Shown piece after piece: positions 19,336 through 29,000 of a stretch of 64,000 nt of DNA. The translations under genes and the position numbers were made by a program. Each line of letters opens with the position of its first letter. Within the stretch, counting starts at the first letter, position 1. Origin of the DNA: a bacterium (lineage in GTDB: Bacteria > Patescibacteriota > UBA1384 > VFKW01); contig JAUSIS010000006.1 in NCBI GenBank assembly GCA_030647355.1, forward strand, positions 90,221 through 154,220, read 5' to 3'. The notes under the pieces were generated by a model. That model had not been told where the DNA came from. It was given only the letters and a program-made list of their open reading frames with translations, and did no database searches.

Positions 19336-19642
19336 TAGCCCCACGTAATTTCTTGAAGCAAAACTAAATAGGTAGTAATGGGAAACGGGGAAACAAAAGG
19401 ATAATTCGATGTTTTGCATGGGAGCGTCTTATTTTGAGTCATAGTCCAGGTGTTTTTTCTTTCGACTCAAAAGTTTCCAGCTCGGGCTAAACCTCCTCTG
19501 GGGTTAAGGAAATAGATTCTGAGAAACAGCAGGGCAATGCTGTCAAGGCACAAAAGTGGTACTCTTGGGCTGAGTACGGAATATAAGATAATCAGAGAAA
19601 AGCAAATCTTATATGGTTGCCACATATAAGATTTCTTTTTTT
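19336..19642 (+). ncRNA. Candidate ~300-nt structured ncRNA
   Basis: TTGACA(19302)-17-TAGCAT; nested helices; 12-bp terminator + U-tract; no ORF. Confidence 0.55.
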
Positions 19643-19649
19643 ATTTTTA

Positions 19650-20174
19650 TTAGTCTCTTTTGTGATGATTGATTTCTTCCCTAAGTAAAGATAATCCTTC
19701 AAGTAAGTCTTGGTAATCCATTACTTTAAGGCGTGTCCGCTCCCATTGGTCGTGCTTTCTTGTGTCAACTTGACCTTCAGTTGCTGCAAATTTCAGTTCA
19801 TCAGCTTCTCGCTGAGTCGCTTCGAGCGATTCTTGGGTTACTTCAATGTCTTTATTGATATCGTCAATGTATTCGGTTGGTGAAAGGTTATTGGAGGTTA
19901 AGTCATCGAAAATTTTTCTGACTGTCTCCTGATATTCAGCGGTGAGTTTGCCATACTCATCTTTAACCCTAGCTAACTCGTCGTCACATAGAGGTTCGGC
20001 TGTGTTGTAGGTTTGATTATGAATTCTAGTAAGCTGCCTTTTAGTCTTTAATAGATTGGAAGCGGGGTTGGGAGGTTTGAGATAGAAATTCTTATCTTTT
20101 TCAGTTGGTGTTGCTTGGTCGGGATTGGGCATTTGATCGAATAAATTCTTTAGTGAGTATTCATCTTCTGGCAT
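19650..20174 (-). CDS. Hypothetical coiled-coil protein
   Basis: 174-aa charged helical ORF with AAGGAG RBS. Confidence 0.7.
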   Translation of the reverse strand: MPEDEYSLKNLFDQMPNPDQATPTEKDKNFYLKPPNPASNLLKTKRQLTRIHNQTYNTAEPLCDDELARVKDEYGKLTAEYQETVRKIFDDLTSNNLSPTEYIDDINKDIEVTQESLEATQREADELKFAATEGQVDTRKHDQWERTRLKVMDYQDLLEGLSLLREEINHHKRD

Positions 20175-20223
20175 AGTTCTCCTTTTTCTTTACTCTAGTG
20201 TTTGGGATGGAGAAAGGAACGTG

Positions 20224-20691
20224 TTATATGAGAGTTCGAATGTATTGGCCGATGATGAAGCCGACGATGATTACAACTAATCCGATGAGTAAATGCCCGA
20301 GAACCGATTGGGCTCTTTTTTCTTTCGGCGAGACAAAGTAGCTAAGCAGAGCTAATAACAGCATACCCCAAGTAATACTAGCGATCAGTGCCGGTGTTGT
20401 GGATAGAAATATCGCAGGTACTAAAAACGTAAGAGCGATAATTAGCTTAGTAAAGTAAGTACTAAAAGTGGCAGTCCAGATTTCCTTTTTATTGTGGGTG
20501 TCTTCTGATTCTTCAGAGATATGGATGCCGAGTGCATCGGAGAAGGCATCGGCAAAAGCGATGGTTAAGATTCCTCCAATAATCAGAGCTTGCGATGCGT
20601 TACTGGCAGTAAGACCAACAATCAAGCCGAGGGTTGTTATAACTCCAGAAGTTGTGCCAAAGCTGAAGCCGATTTTTGAAGAGTGATTCAT
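20224..20691 (-). CDS. VIT1/CCC1-like membrane protein
   Basis: FGTTSGVITTLG, ADAFSDALGIHISEE. Confidence 0.8.
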   Translation of the reverse strand: MNHSSKIGFSFGTTSGVITTLGLIVGLTASNASQALIIGGILTIAFADAFSDALGIHISEESEDTHNKKEIWTATFSTYFTKLIIALTFLVPAIFLSTTPALIASITWGMLLLALLSYFVSPKEKRAQSVLGHLLIGLVVIIVGFIIGQYIRTLI

Positions 20692-20728
20692 AGTTTTTCT
20701 CTCCTTTTCTACGCTCTAGTATTTTTTA

Positions 20729-21118
20729 TTACTCTTCTTCTTTTCCTGCTTCGGCGGCTATGGCGTCTTCTTTGGTGGCGTGGATTGTGCCTTCGGGATG
20801 GTGAGCTGGAGAGTAAATAGTATAGAGTTTCATGGGATTTTCTGTATCGGTGTTTATTATGTCGTGCTCGGTGCCGGCAGAAATGACGACTGCCCAGCCA
20901 CTATCTATAACATACTCTTCCCCATCTAAAACGGCTTTGCCGGTGCCTTCTTCGATTCTGATGAATTGATCGTTATCGGGGTGAACTTCCATGCCAATAT
21001 TCTCCGAGGGCTTGAGACTCATTACTACCAATTGGCTATTCGGGGCAGTGAAGATTACTTTTCGAAAGTTATCGTTTGATTCGGAAAGCTCTTCGATATT
21101 TCCTACGAATCCATTCAT
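20729..21118 (-). CDS. Cupin-domain protein
   Basis: IGMEVH..DQF..EEG; H.IIN; LYTIYSPAHH. Confidence 0.9.
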   Translation of the reverse strand: MNGFVGNIEELSESNDNFRKVIFTAPNSQLVVMSLKPSENIGMEVHPDNDQFIRIEEGTGKAVLDGEEYVIDSGWAVVISAGTEHDIINTDTENPMKLYTIYSPAHHPEGTIHATKEDAIAAEAGKEEE

Positions 21119-21178
21119 GTTTACCTCCGTTTACTTATGTATTTATTTTAAAGTAAATGACGCATTGAATCAATAGAA

Positions 21179-22014
21179 CTAATGTAGACTCGATTTTATA
21201 AAGTCTGATAATTTTTGCATTAAATAGCGGGTGTTGGTGCCAATTTTAGTATCACCGATCTTAATATTATCAATTTAAACCACTGGTACAATACCGCGTG
21301 TTGTTGATGATATAAATGCTTCGGTAGCTTCTTTTAATTCTATAAGATTCACAGGTCGCTCGGCGATTTTGAAATCTTGTGCCAGCTTTAATATTAAATT
21401 TCGCCTCGTGCCCTGAAGAATGTCTTTTTTGGGAGTTATTAATTCGTTACCTCGGAAAATAAAGAAATTGAAAGTTGTGCCTTCGAGAATTTTATCGTGC
21501 CAAGTATAAATAATGTCATAGGCATTTTTCTTTTTTATCAACTTTTGCGGCTTAGCATCGTAAGATAGTTAGTGGATTTTGCTTCTGGCTTTGTGCGTAA
21601 GTACTCGTGGGTGATTAGTTTGACGCCTTTTTGATAGATTTCTGGAGCATGGATGGGCAGTGAAGCGGCGGTGACGAAGAAGGTGGGGGTTTTGCTGTCG
21701 AAGTGTGTGCCGTCCGGGCTTTCGCCCCCGGAAAGAAAGAGTCGAATTCCAGCATCGGGAAGATTATTTTTTTGGATTAATTTTAATATTAAACTTTCGA
21801 TTTGGTGGTTGGTGAGAGGGATTCTCAGGTTTAATTTTTTTGCGGAATTGGCAAAGCGTTTGAGATGTTTGTCCAAGAGCAATGGTTTGCTGTTGTGGCT
21901 TCGCAGGAAATCAAAAACGGCGTAGCCGCGCAGCAAGCCGATATCATTAATTGATATTTGGGCATTATGAACGGGGATGATTTTGCCGTTTGAATAGCAG
22001 TATTGTGGTTTCAT
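21179..22014 (-). pseudogene. Class IV aminotransferase (IlvE/Dat-like) pseudogene
   Basis: RGYAVFD, KSTNY, EG...N, LQGTRR motifs; frameshift ~21540, in-frame TAA 21275-21277, probable further frameshift ~21210. Confidence 0.85.
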
Positions 22015-22065
22015 GTATTATATTTTAGCAAAATAATTCCCAGAATTAAATGGTTATAGAGAGAT

Positions 22066-23115
22066 TTAAATATTTGAAGTGCTATCGGCGGACAACTTAT
22101 TTGATGGTACTCTTTTAATGAAATGATCTAAGATGTCATCAAGGATCGGCAAGCTGGTGAGTGTGCCGTTAATAATGATTAGATAGGATAGTTTGTTAAA
22201 TTGGTTGAATATAATTAATAGTAGAATTACTACCATAATAAGAATAGTACCTGTAATTATCTTTATTTTATCTTCATCGACAGGATCTGCTATACACTGG
22301 CCAGTATACACAATGTCTGTTCGGAATTGTTTAATTGCTCGAATAGGATTGAAGTGACGACTAGGTACAAGTTGCCAAAGAAGGTTTAAGAAAGACAGTA
22401 TATTTGTCACCCTCAATGCAATAAATATATTGAATAAAAGATAAGAAGCGGCCATTCCATAAATGAAGAGTTCTTTGTATAAGTTATCTGGTCGGGCTAT
22501 TACATTGAAGTGATTATAAAGGCTGTAGCTTAAATATGAAAGGTATGCGATATTAGCTACCCAGAAAAATATTAGCAGTCTTTTAAGTAAGGCGGGAATC
22601 TGCTTTTGATAGAATCTTGAATAAATCCAAATTGTGCAAATGATGAAAAAAGCTATTATGTCTATTGCTAGTGTCGTCTTCGAGAGAATGGAAATTGTCA
22701 ATGATAATATAGCGAGCTGAAGGATGCTTGTTTTGCTTATATTAGATAGATAATATTGGTAAATAGAGACGGAAAGACCTACGGAAAATGCAAGCAAGAC
22801 GGCGCCAATGAAGTAATATTCTTCGAAGGCAAGGTAGCCTCTTGTATCTATAAAAGTTATTCCCAGGATGGCAGCGAGAAAAATTGCTATTGGATACCAC
22901 CAAGACAATTTTAAATCTTTAACTCCCGGGTTATTCCTCTTTACACTCCAAAAGAGGAGATAACTTGCGAGGAGAGATCCGGCTGCTAAATATATATACT
23001 CAATTCGTTGCTCAAATAATATACTGATTGCCATAGTGGTAGTTAGAAAAATTAGTATCCCTAGTAGCAGTTTGCCTATAAATGTAAAAATATTATTTAC
23101 TTTATTCATTTTCAT
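22066..23115 (-). CDS. Hypothetical polytopic membrane protein
   Basis: About 10 hydrophobic segments. Confidence 0.7.
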   Translation of the reverse strand: MKMNKVNNIFTFIGKLLLGILIFLTTTMAISILFEQRIEYIYLAAGSLLASYLLFWSVKRNNPGVKDLKLSWWYPIAIFLAAILGITFIDTRGYLAFEEYYFIGAVLLAFSVGLSVSIYQYYLSNISKTSILQLAILSLTISILSKTTLAIDIIAFFIICTIWIYSRFYQKQIPALLKRLLIFFWVANIAYLSYLSYSLYNHFNVIARPDNLYKELFIYGMAASYLLFNIFIALRVTNILSFLNLLWQLVPSRHFNPIRAIKQFRTDIVYTGQCIADPVDEDKIKIITGTILIMVVILLLIIFNQFNKLSYLIIINGTLTSLPILDDILDHFIKRVPSNKLSADSTSNI

Positions 23116-23183
23116 ATTTATATTATACCACCCGAGAGGTGTCCTAGCAAATGCCGAGTTTTACCAGAAAATAATTTAATGAA

Positions 23184-23210
23184 ATAAGGGCTGGCAGTGC
23201 CAGCCCTTAT
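23184..23210 (-). terminator. Terminator hairpin
   Basis: ATAAGGGCTGGCA/TGCCAGCCCTTAT immediately after the 23215 stop. Confidence 0.75.
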
Positions 23211-23214
23211 GGGG

Positions 23215-23682
23215 TTAATCGATTGCCCAGATATTAACATAGGCTTCGATTATTAGTCGCATAGCGGCGATAGCGGAGTTGCGGGTGTGGAGGCAGAGAT
23301 TGGCAAGCCGAGCTTCAAATTCTTCATAGAACTCGGGCGAGTGCTCCCAGTCAATGTAACGTGCGAGCATGTTTCGCTGAAATTCTGTATCGCAGAGGCG
23401 GTCAAGATATGTATCGTACTGCGCCCACTCGACGGTCGGGATTCTGCCCCCATTTGCTGACCAGAGGGCTAGGGCAAACATGTTGACGACACGCAGGAAG
23501 CTGTCGTGTTCATATTGGCCGCCCGAGCCATCGCTAATCCCGCTTGCACCTATTGCGCATTCTTTTGCTAGGCCCATGAGCCAAGAGTGGAAACGGGGCG
23601 AAGTGCCCTTGATGAGATCGAGGGCATTGAGCCTGCTGTCTTTTGCGGTCTTGGTGTCTTTCTTGTCAATTTTAAGCGACAT
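23215..23682 (-). CDS. Hypothetical cytoplasmic protein downstream of riboswitch copy 2
   Basis: GGGAGG RBS + ATG, own terminator. Confidence 0.7.
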   Translation of the reverse strand: MSLKIDKKDTKTAKDSRLNALDLIKGTSPRFHSWLMGLAKECAIGASGISDGSGGQYEHDSFLRVVNMFALALWSANGGRIPTVEWAQYDTYLDRLCDTEFQRNMLARYIDWEHSPEFYEEFEARLANLCLHTRNSAIAAMRLIIEAYVNIWAID

Positions 23683-23778
23683 GGGAATCCTCCCAATTTG
23701 GATTTGTCAAAAATCCTTAGCCGCAATCGGTTTTGAAACAAATACACCAACCGGAGCTGGTGTATTTGCGAGAACCAT

Positions 23779-23916
23779 CCGGCAACCCGGCTGCCATCCA
23801 AGCTTTTTCAACGAAAGAGCTGGATTAGGCCCGTGGCTTTGCCCCGATGTCGGATTTTGTCCGGATCGGAGTCCCCTGAGGAACGTCATCGTCTTTCGAC
23901 GACTTTGCCTTTATCG
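23779..23916 (-). ncRNA. c-di-GMP-I riboswitch variant, copy 2
   Basis: Same core as copy 1 with compensatory changes; TTGACA-17-TAAAAT promoter; terminator CAAATACACCAGC-TCCG-GTTGGTGTATTTG. Confidence 0.85.
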
Positions 23917-24067
23917 GGTTTTTAATATAAGCGTATTTTAGCACAAAATATGGGATTTGTCAATCCTCTATGTGATTTTATTTATGCGGGATGGTGGCAT
24001 GAAAAAAGCCCCCGAAGGGGCATGGTGAAATGTCGGATTACTACTTTACCTTAGGGATGCCTGAGGT

Positions 24068-24454
24068 CTAGGGATCCACTAGGACATCGGCCAGCGGTAT
24101 TAGTATGAAGCTGGCAACTAGCGTCACTGGGATCTGTGCCCAGAGACTGTGGGTGAGGGAGAGGGTTATCGCGATAGCGAAGAATGCCGAACAAGCAATA
24201 GTGGCGCAGATGGTTGGCGCCGGCTCGCCATCACGGAACCAACTCACTATCTTCAAGTTCTTGCAGTATTCGGGGTAGCAGGAGAGGCAGATAAGGATGA
24301 TCCAGACGATGCCCACGATGATACCCATAACCACTTCCGCCCAGAACCTGTGAAGGTTGAGGGCTTGGATTGTGCCAATGCATACGAGTGTGCCAATGGC
24401 GACGGTGGTCCAGAATGTCAAATCAGCAGCGAATTTCTGATCTCGGCTTTGCAC
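24068..24454 (-). CDS. Hypothetical 4-TM protein with internal duplication
   Basis: Two similar halves (LNLHRFWAEV / LTHSLWAQI); GTG start with GGGGG RBS. Confidence 0.6.
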   Translation of the reverse strand: MQSRDQKFAADLTFWTTVAIGTLVCIGTIQALNLHRFWAEVVMGIIVGIVWIILICLSCYPEYCKNLKIVSWFRDGEPAPTICATIACSAFFAIAITLSLTHSLWAQIPVTLVASFILIPLADVLVDP

Positions 24455-24552
24455 GTGAGTCCCCCTGTGAATTGAGATGGAAGTTGCAAATCTTTGCTTA
24501 GGGCAATAGTAATGTTATTTATTCTTTAGGTCAAGGTACGAGTTGGGTATTA

Positions 24553-24584
24553 CAAAAGCGGCGCCTAGGTAGGCGCCGCTTTTG
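24553..24584. terminator. Terminator hairpin
   Basis: CAAAAGCGGCGCCTA-GG-TAGGCGCCGCTTTTG. Confidence 0.85.
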
Positions 24585-24598
24585 CTTATTGGTTAGAT

Positions 24599-24808
24599 TT
24601 ATTCTTCCGGTTCTTCGGTTTCCTTTTCCTCTTCACTGTCATCGTTGGCTTCATCATCTGCTTCAGCTTTCGATTTACAGTCACATTCGCATTCTGCTGG
24701 ACATTCGCAGCAATGAATGCATTTAGTCGAGTCGCAGGTGCAGCGGGTTTTATCGTTTAAGGGCATTCCGCAATCACACCTGTCTTGGGTTTGATCTTCG
24801 TTTGGCAT
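24599..24808 (-). CDS. Metallothionein-like Cys-rich small protein with acidic tail
   Basis: 11 Cys in CxC/CC clusters; AGGAGG RBS; terminator follows. Confidence 0.7.
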   Translation of the reverse strand: MPNEDQTQDRCDCGMPLNDKTRCTCDSTKCIHCCECPAECECDCKSKAEADDEANDDSEEEKETEEPEE

Positions 24809-24848
24809 ATTGCCTCCTATGTTATTATTATAACATTATTGTAAATAG

Positions 24849-26033
24849 TTAGTTTGTTTTTTCATCCTCAACGGCTGGTTTGTTAATTTGGTATTTAGCG
24901 AATACTTCCACGCCTCTTTTATCCTGAGCTCCACCGCATAGCTTTAGAGTGATAAACCCATTTTCGTCAACTTTTCCTCTGTCTACTAATTCTACGCTGC
25001 CAGGAAATAATACACTATGCAGAGTTTTTTTCTTAGGTGTGATTTTGCCTATTAAATCTTCTGCTGTGCCGATGATTTGTATGTTCTCAAGACTTCGTGT
25101 CTCACGGTTAAAAGTGGCGGCGAAAGCGTGATAGTCCATCTGGCCGTTCTCGATATCTTGTGCCACATGACCAACGATCACTACGCGACCGTCGGGTTCA
25201 GGTAAAATCTGAACATCATTAACTCCGAGCCATTCATGCTGAGGGTCGAAGTCTTCTTGTCCTCCGACCAGAGGGGCGCTGCTTAAAATTTCCGGACTGA
25301 ATTCGTCCATGGAATCAATTTCGATATAACCGATTCGTCCTTTGCCGAATTCGGTGGCGTATGGGCGGGTGAAGATGCCAATTTTGCCGTCTAGATATTG
25401 AATGAAACGGATATCTTTCATTTTTTCAGGACCTTTGGTAAAGGGTTCGGTGGCGGTTTCGTCTTTATTGTTTGATAGTTCTGTGAGATTTTTGTCGTAT
25501 TTATAAAAGACAGTCCAGTATTTATCGACCTTGGTGGGGTCTTCCTCGCTTGGCTCAACATGAACGCCTCCGATGTAATGGACATCTTGGCCGTTTTCAA
25601 CAATTTTGAAATGAAAAGGATCCTGAGTTTTGGGAATGAGGGGTGCGTCGGGGTCTATTTCCCATCTTCCAGTTTCTTTATTGTGGCGAAAAAACATGAT
25701 AGTGGAGTTTGTTTCGCTGTCTGTTGTCTCGATACGTCCCATTAATATTTCCCCTTCGGCGGTATCTATTAGTTCGAAGTTATATCCAATCACCTCAGCC
25801 ATCATTAGTTCACCGACTTTAATTTGCGCTAAACGACGGATATGGTCGCTGATTTCCCCTTCAACATTGGCGTCAAATTCGATTAATTGGAGGACAGGGT
25901 AGCCGTGTTTGGCACAAAAATTATCGTAGGCCTCTTTGAGATTTGTAACATTTGCAAGTTTAGCTTCCGTATCTTTTTCGGATGGCGGGTTGATCTCGCT
26001 TGTTGCTAATTCTTTTTCTAATTCGTCAGGCAT
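24849..26033 (-). CDS. DUF1861/MTP-family (GT108-like) mannosyltransferase/phosphorylase-like protein
   Basis: GRIE, QDPF, GPEKMKDIRF, IFTRP, WLGVN, VLFPG motifs. Confidence 0.75.
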   Translation of the reverse strand: MPDELEKELATSEINPPSEKDTEAKLANVTNLKEAYDNFCAKHGYPVLQLIEFDANVEGEISDHIRRLAQIKVGELMMAEVIGYNFELIDTAEGEILMGRIETTDSETNSTIMFFRHNKETGRWEIDPDAPLIPKTQDPFHFKIVENGQDVHYIGGVHVEPSEEDPTKVDKYWTVFYKYDKNLTELSNNKDETATEPFTKGPEKMKDIRFIQYLDGKIGIFTRPYATEFGKGRIGYIEIDSMDEFSPEILSSAPLVGGQEDFDPQHEWLGVNDVQILPEPDGRVVIVGHVAQDIENGQMDYHAFAATFNRETRSLENIQIIGTAEDLIGKITPKKKTLHSVLFPGSVELVDRGKVDENGFITLKLCGGAQDKRGVEVFAKYQINKPAVEDEKTN

Positions 26034-29000
26034 TTTTTCCTCTTAGTTGTTCGTTTTGGTTGGTGTGGCAAATGGGATAGTAAGGACAATCCCCCTCTCG
26101 CTTTTTGCAAGTTTGGGAATTATGGGGAAAGTTTAGTTTTGTAATATTATTGTACACTTCTTTTACTATCTTTTTGAATTCGTCGTAGTCTTTTTGTTCA
26201 ACTGGTATGGTTACTTGTTTGAATTTTCCCTTTTCGGGTGCGACAAAATCGAATGCAATCTCCCCTATTTTCCATTGAAAAGAAGGATCAGACTCTGCAA
26301 GAAGCTTGTAAAAGTAGGCCTGATATAGGTATTTGGTGTCTTGCTCTTTTGTTTTGCCCATCAGAAAATTTAGTGATTTTGGAGCGGCGGTTTTGTAATC
26401 AACGATGCGGACTAGACCAGCATTTTTATCCATTAGTTCTATCTTGTCTATAATACCAGTAATCGGAATCTCGCCAAAATGAATGTTGCGGGATGAAAAA
26501 TTCATTTCGCAGGTAAGTGGTCTCCCCTGTTTTTTCCATATCGGGGTATAGAAATCGTAATAGCTGGATAAAATTTCAGCACCATTTTGTAGGGCTCGAG
26601 CTTGGTCTTTGTCGTCCCAAATTTCATATTGCAAGCTATCTTTTAACCATTTCAGAAGGTTTTCTTTGGGTGGCAACTCTAGTGTTTTGATGTAGTCACG
26701 GAAGAAATGTTCTAAAGCACGGTGTATAGCAGTGCCGTAACATTGGGAGAAGTCTTTGGCTTTAGGAACGCGTAGAATATTGTCGTACAAGAATTGTTGA
26801 GGACAGTCCAAGTAGGAGTTGAGTGCAGTTGGATTTAATTTGAAATCTTCAACTAGTTTTTTAAGAAAGTCATGCATGGCTTGGGTATACTCCCATTTCT
26901 TTGAGCCAAAGGTTAGCTTGAGGCGCTCGTCGAAACTTTTTTCGAATGGTTTAGTGTTAATTTTCTTGAGATATCTTTCCGGCAGTTCTCCAATGAATTT
27001 TGATGGGATAGTAAACATTTGGTTTTCCGCTTCGCCATAGGAAAGAGCATAAGTGATATAGATAGAACGCTTGGTGCGGGTGAGTGCGACATAAAAAAGG
27101 CGGCGCTCTTCTTCATCTCCTTCTTCGCTGGAGGTTCGGGTGATTTTTATTAAAGTTGACGGCAGCTTGATCAGCTCTTTTTTTGTTTTGTTGCCCCAGT
27201 GCTTATCGGTTGCTTTCATAATAAAAACATAGGAGAATTCAAGACCTTTGGCTTTGTGGGCTGTCATAAGGTTCACTCCTTCGTATTCGGCGGTTAGCTC
27301 GCGTTCTTTGATTGGTAGGTTGTTTTCTCGTAGGAGAGCAATATGTTCGAGGAAAGTTTTTAAATTTAAATTCTTTTGTTTGACGTTGAGCTGTTTGATG
27401 TATTCGAATAATGACTGCAGGCGGTTGAAGTGGCGAACATTGTCTTTGAGTGAAATAAGGTATTGCAGGTAGCCGGTTTTGTTGATGATAAATTCGAAGG
27501 AGGTGGCAAAATTATTGCTGTAAGCGAATTTCCGGCATTCAAGAAAATTGGAAACAAATTCTTTAATAGCTTCGGGTATTTCCAGTTCAAGATTGTATTT
27601 TTCTGGATGGGTTATGATGTTAAAAATTCCTGTTTTTTCTTTGCGGGATTTGATGATGACTTTCCAGATGTCTAATGGAGAAATGCCAAGAAATGGATAA
27701 TGCATAATTTCGACAAGCATCTCACTTTCCTGTCCGTTCAATTCGAGGGCTTGAATATATTTCAGGATTTTGCCAATTTCTGGGTCCTCGATGACGTTGT
27801 CGCCGATTTCTAGTTTATATGGGATATCCAATTTGGAGAGAAAATCGATTAATTCTTCGGCGTCACGGTGCTCTTTGTATAACACGGCAATTTCAGAAGG
27901 TGCCATCCCCTGCTTTATGAGTTTTTGAATCTCTTTGGCAATAAAAAAATTTTCAATTGAGCCATTGGAGAATCCGCCAAGATGAATGTCGCTCGTGATA
28001 TTTTTCAGCTGGCTTTTAAGGTTTTTAGAGATATTAAAATGATTGTAGATTTGATTTTGATTGTTTTTTATTAAGGCGCGGGAAGCATCGAGAATTTTCT
28101 GACCGGAGCGATAATTGTGTTCTAAAATCACAATCTTTGTATCGGGATATTTTTTGGTGAAAAAGAGAATGTTTTCCATCGAAGCGCCCTGAAAGCGGTA
28201 GATTGATTGTTCGTCATCTCCGACGGCGAAGATATTGGGAATTTCGTAAAAATTGCCAAGCAGTTCGATGATTTCATTTTGAGCAGAGTTAGTATCTTGG
28301 TATTCGTCTACTAATATATATTGGAATTTTTCTTGAAAATGCGCCAGCAGTTCGCTATCCTCGCGAAAAGCGTTGACGATAAATAGTATCATATCGGCGT
28401 AGTCGTACAGGCCCTTTTCGGTTATATATGCTTGGTATTTTTGGTATATTTTCCCAAGCTCGGCGTTTTTTTCTAGCTGGTCTTTTAGATCTCGATATTT
28501 TGATTTCATCCGCTCCCCTTCCTCCGGAAGAGGAGGGACGGCGCTAGCGCTTGTCTGTCTTGGCTTAGTTCTATGGTATAGATCCTCAATTTTATAAAAG
28601 GCATCCAGTTCGTTTTTAATGTGGTTTTCAAAATCTTTTGGCGAGATATCTTCCTGTTTTAAGGTATTGATGGCATGTCTGATGGAATTTTGATAATGAT
28701 ATGGTGATTTGAAGGGTTTAATTTTTGAGAAATTATTGTTAATAAGTATTTTTTGTATCAGTTGGATCTGTTCTAGGTCGGAGAGTTGGTTGAGTTGATT
28801 GGCGATCAGGAACTTTTCAGGAAATAATTCAATGATTTCATTGCAAAATTGATGGAAGGTATGGACGTGAACTTGGTAGGACGCAGGACCGATAATTTCC
28901 AGTAGACGCTGTTTCATGGCGTGGACACCGGAATTTGTGAAGGTGAGGCAGAGAATGTTCGAGGGATTGATTTGAGTTTGTCTTAAAATATTGGCGATTC

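Noticed and set aside
23480-23941. ORFs overlapping riboswitch copy 2 (153, 77 and 60 aa)
   Set aside because: The 19-nt indel between the two copies breaks these frames while preserving the RNA stems.
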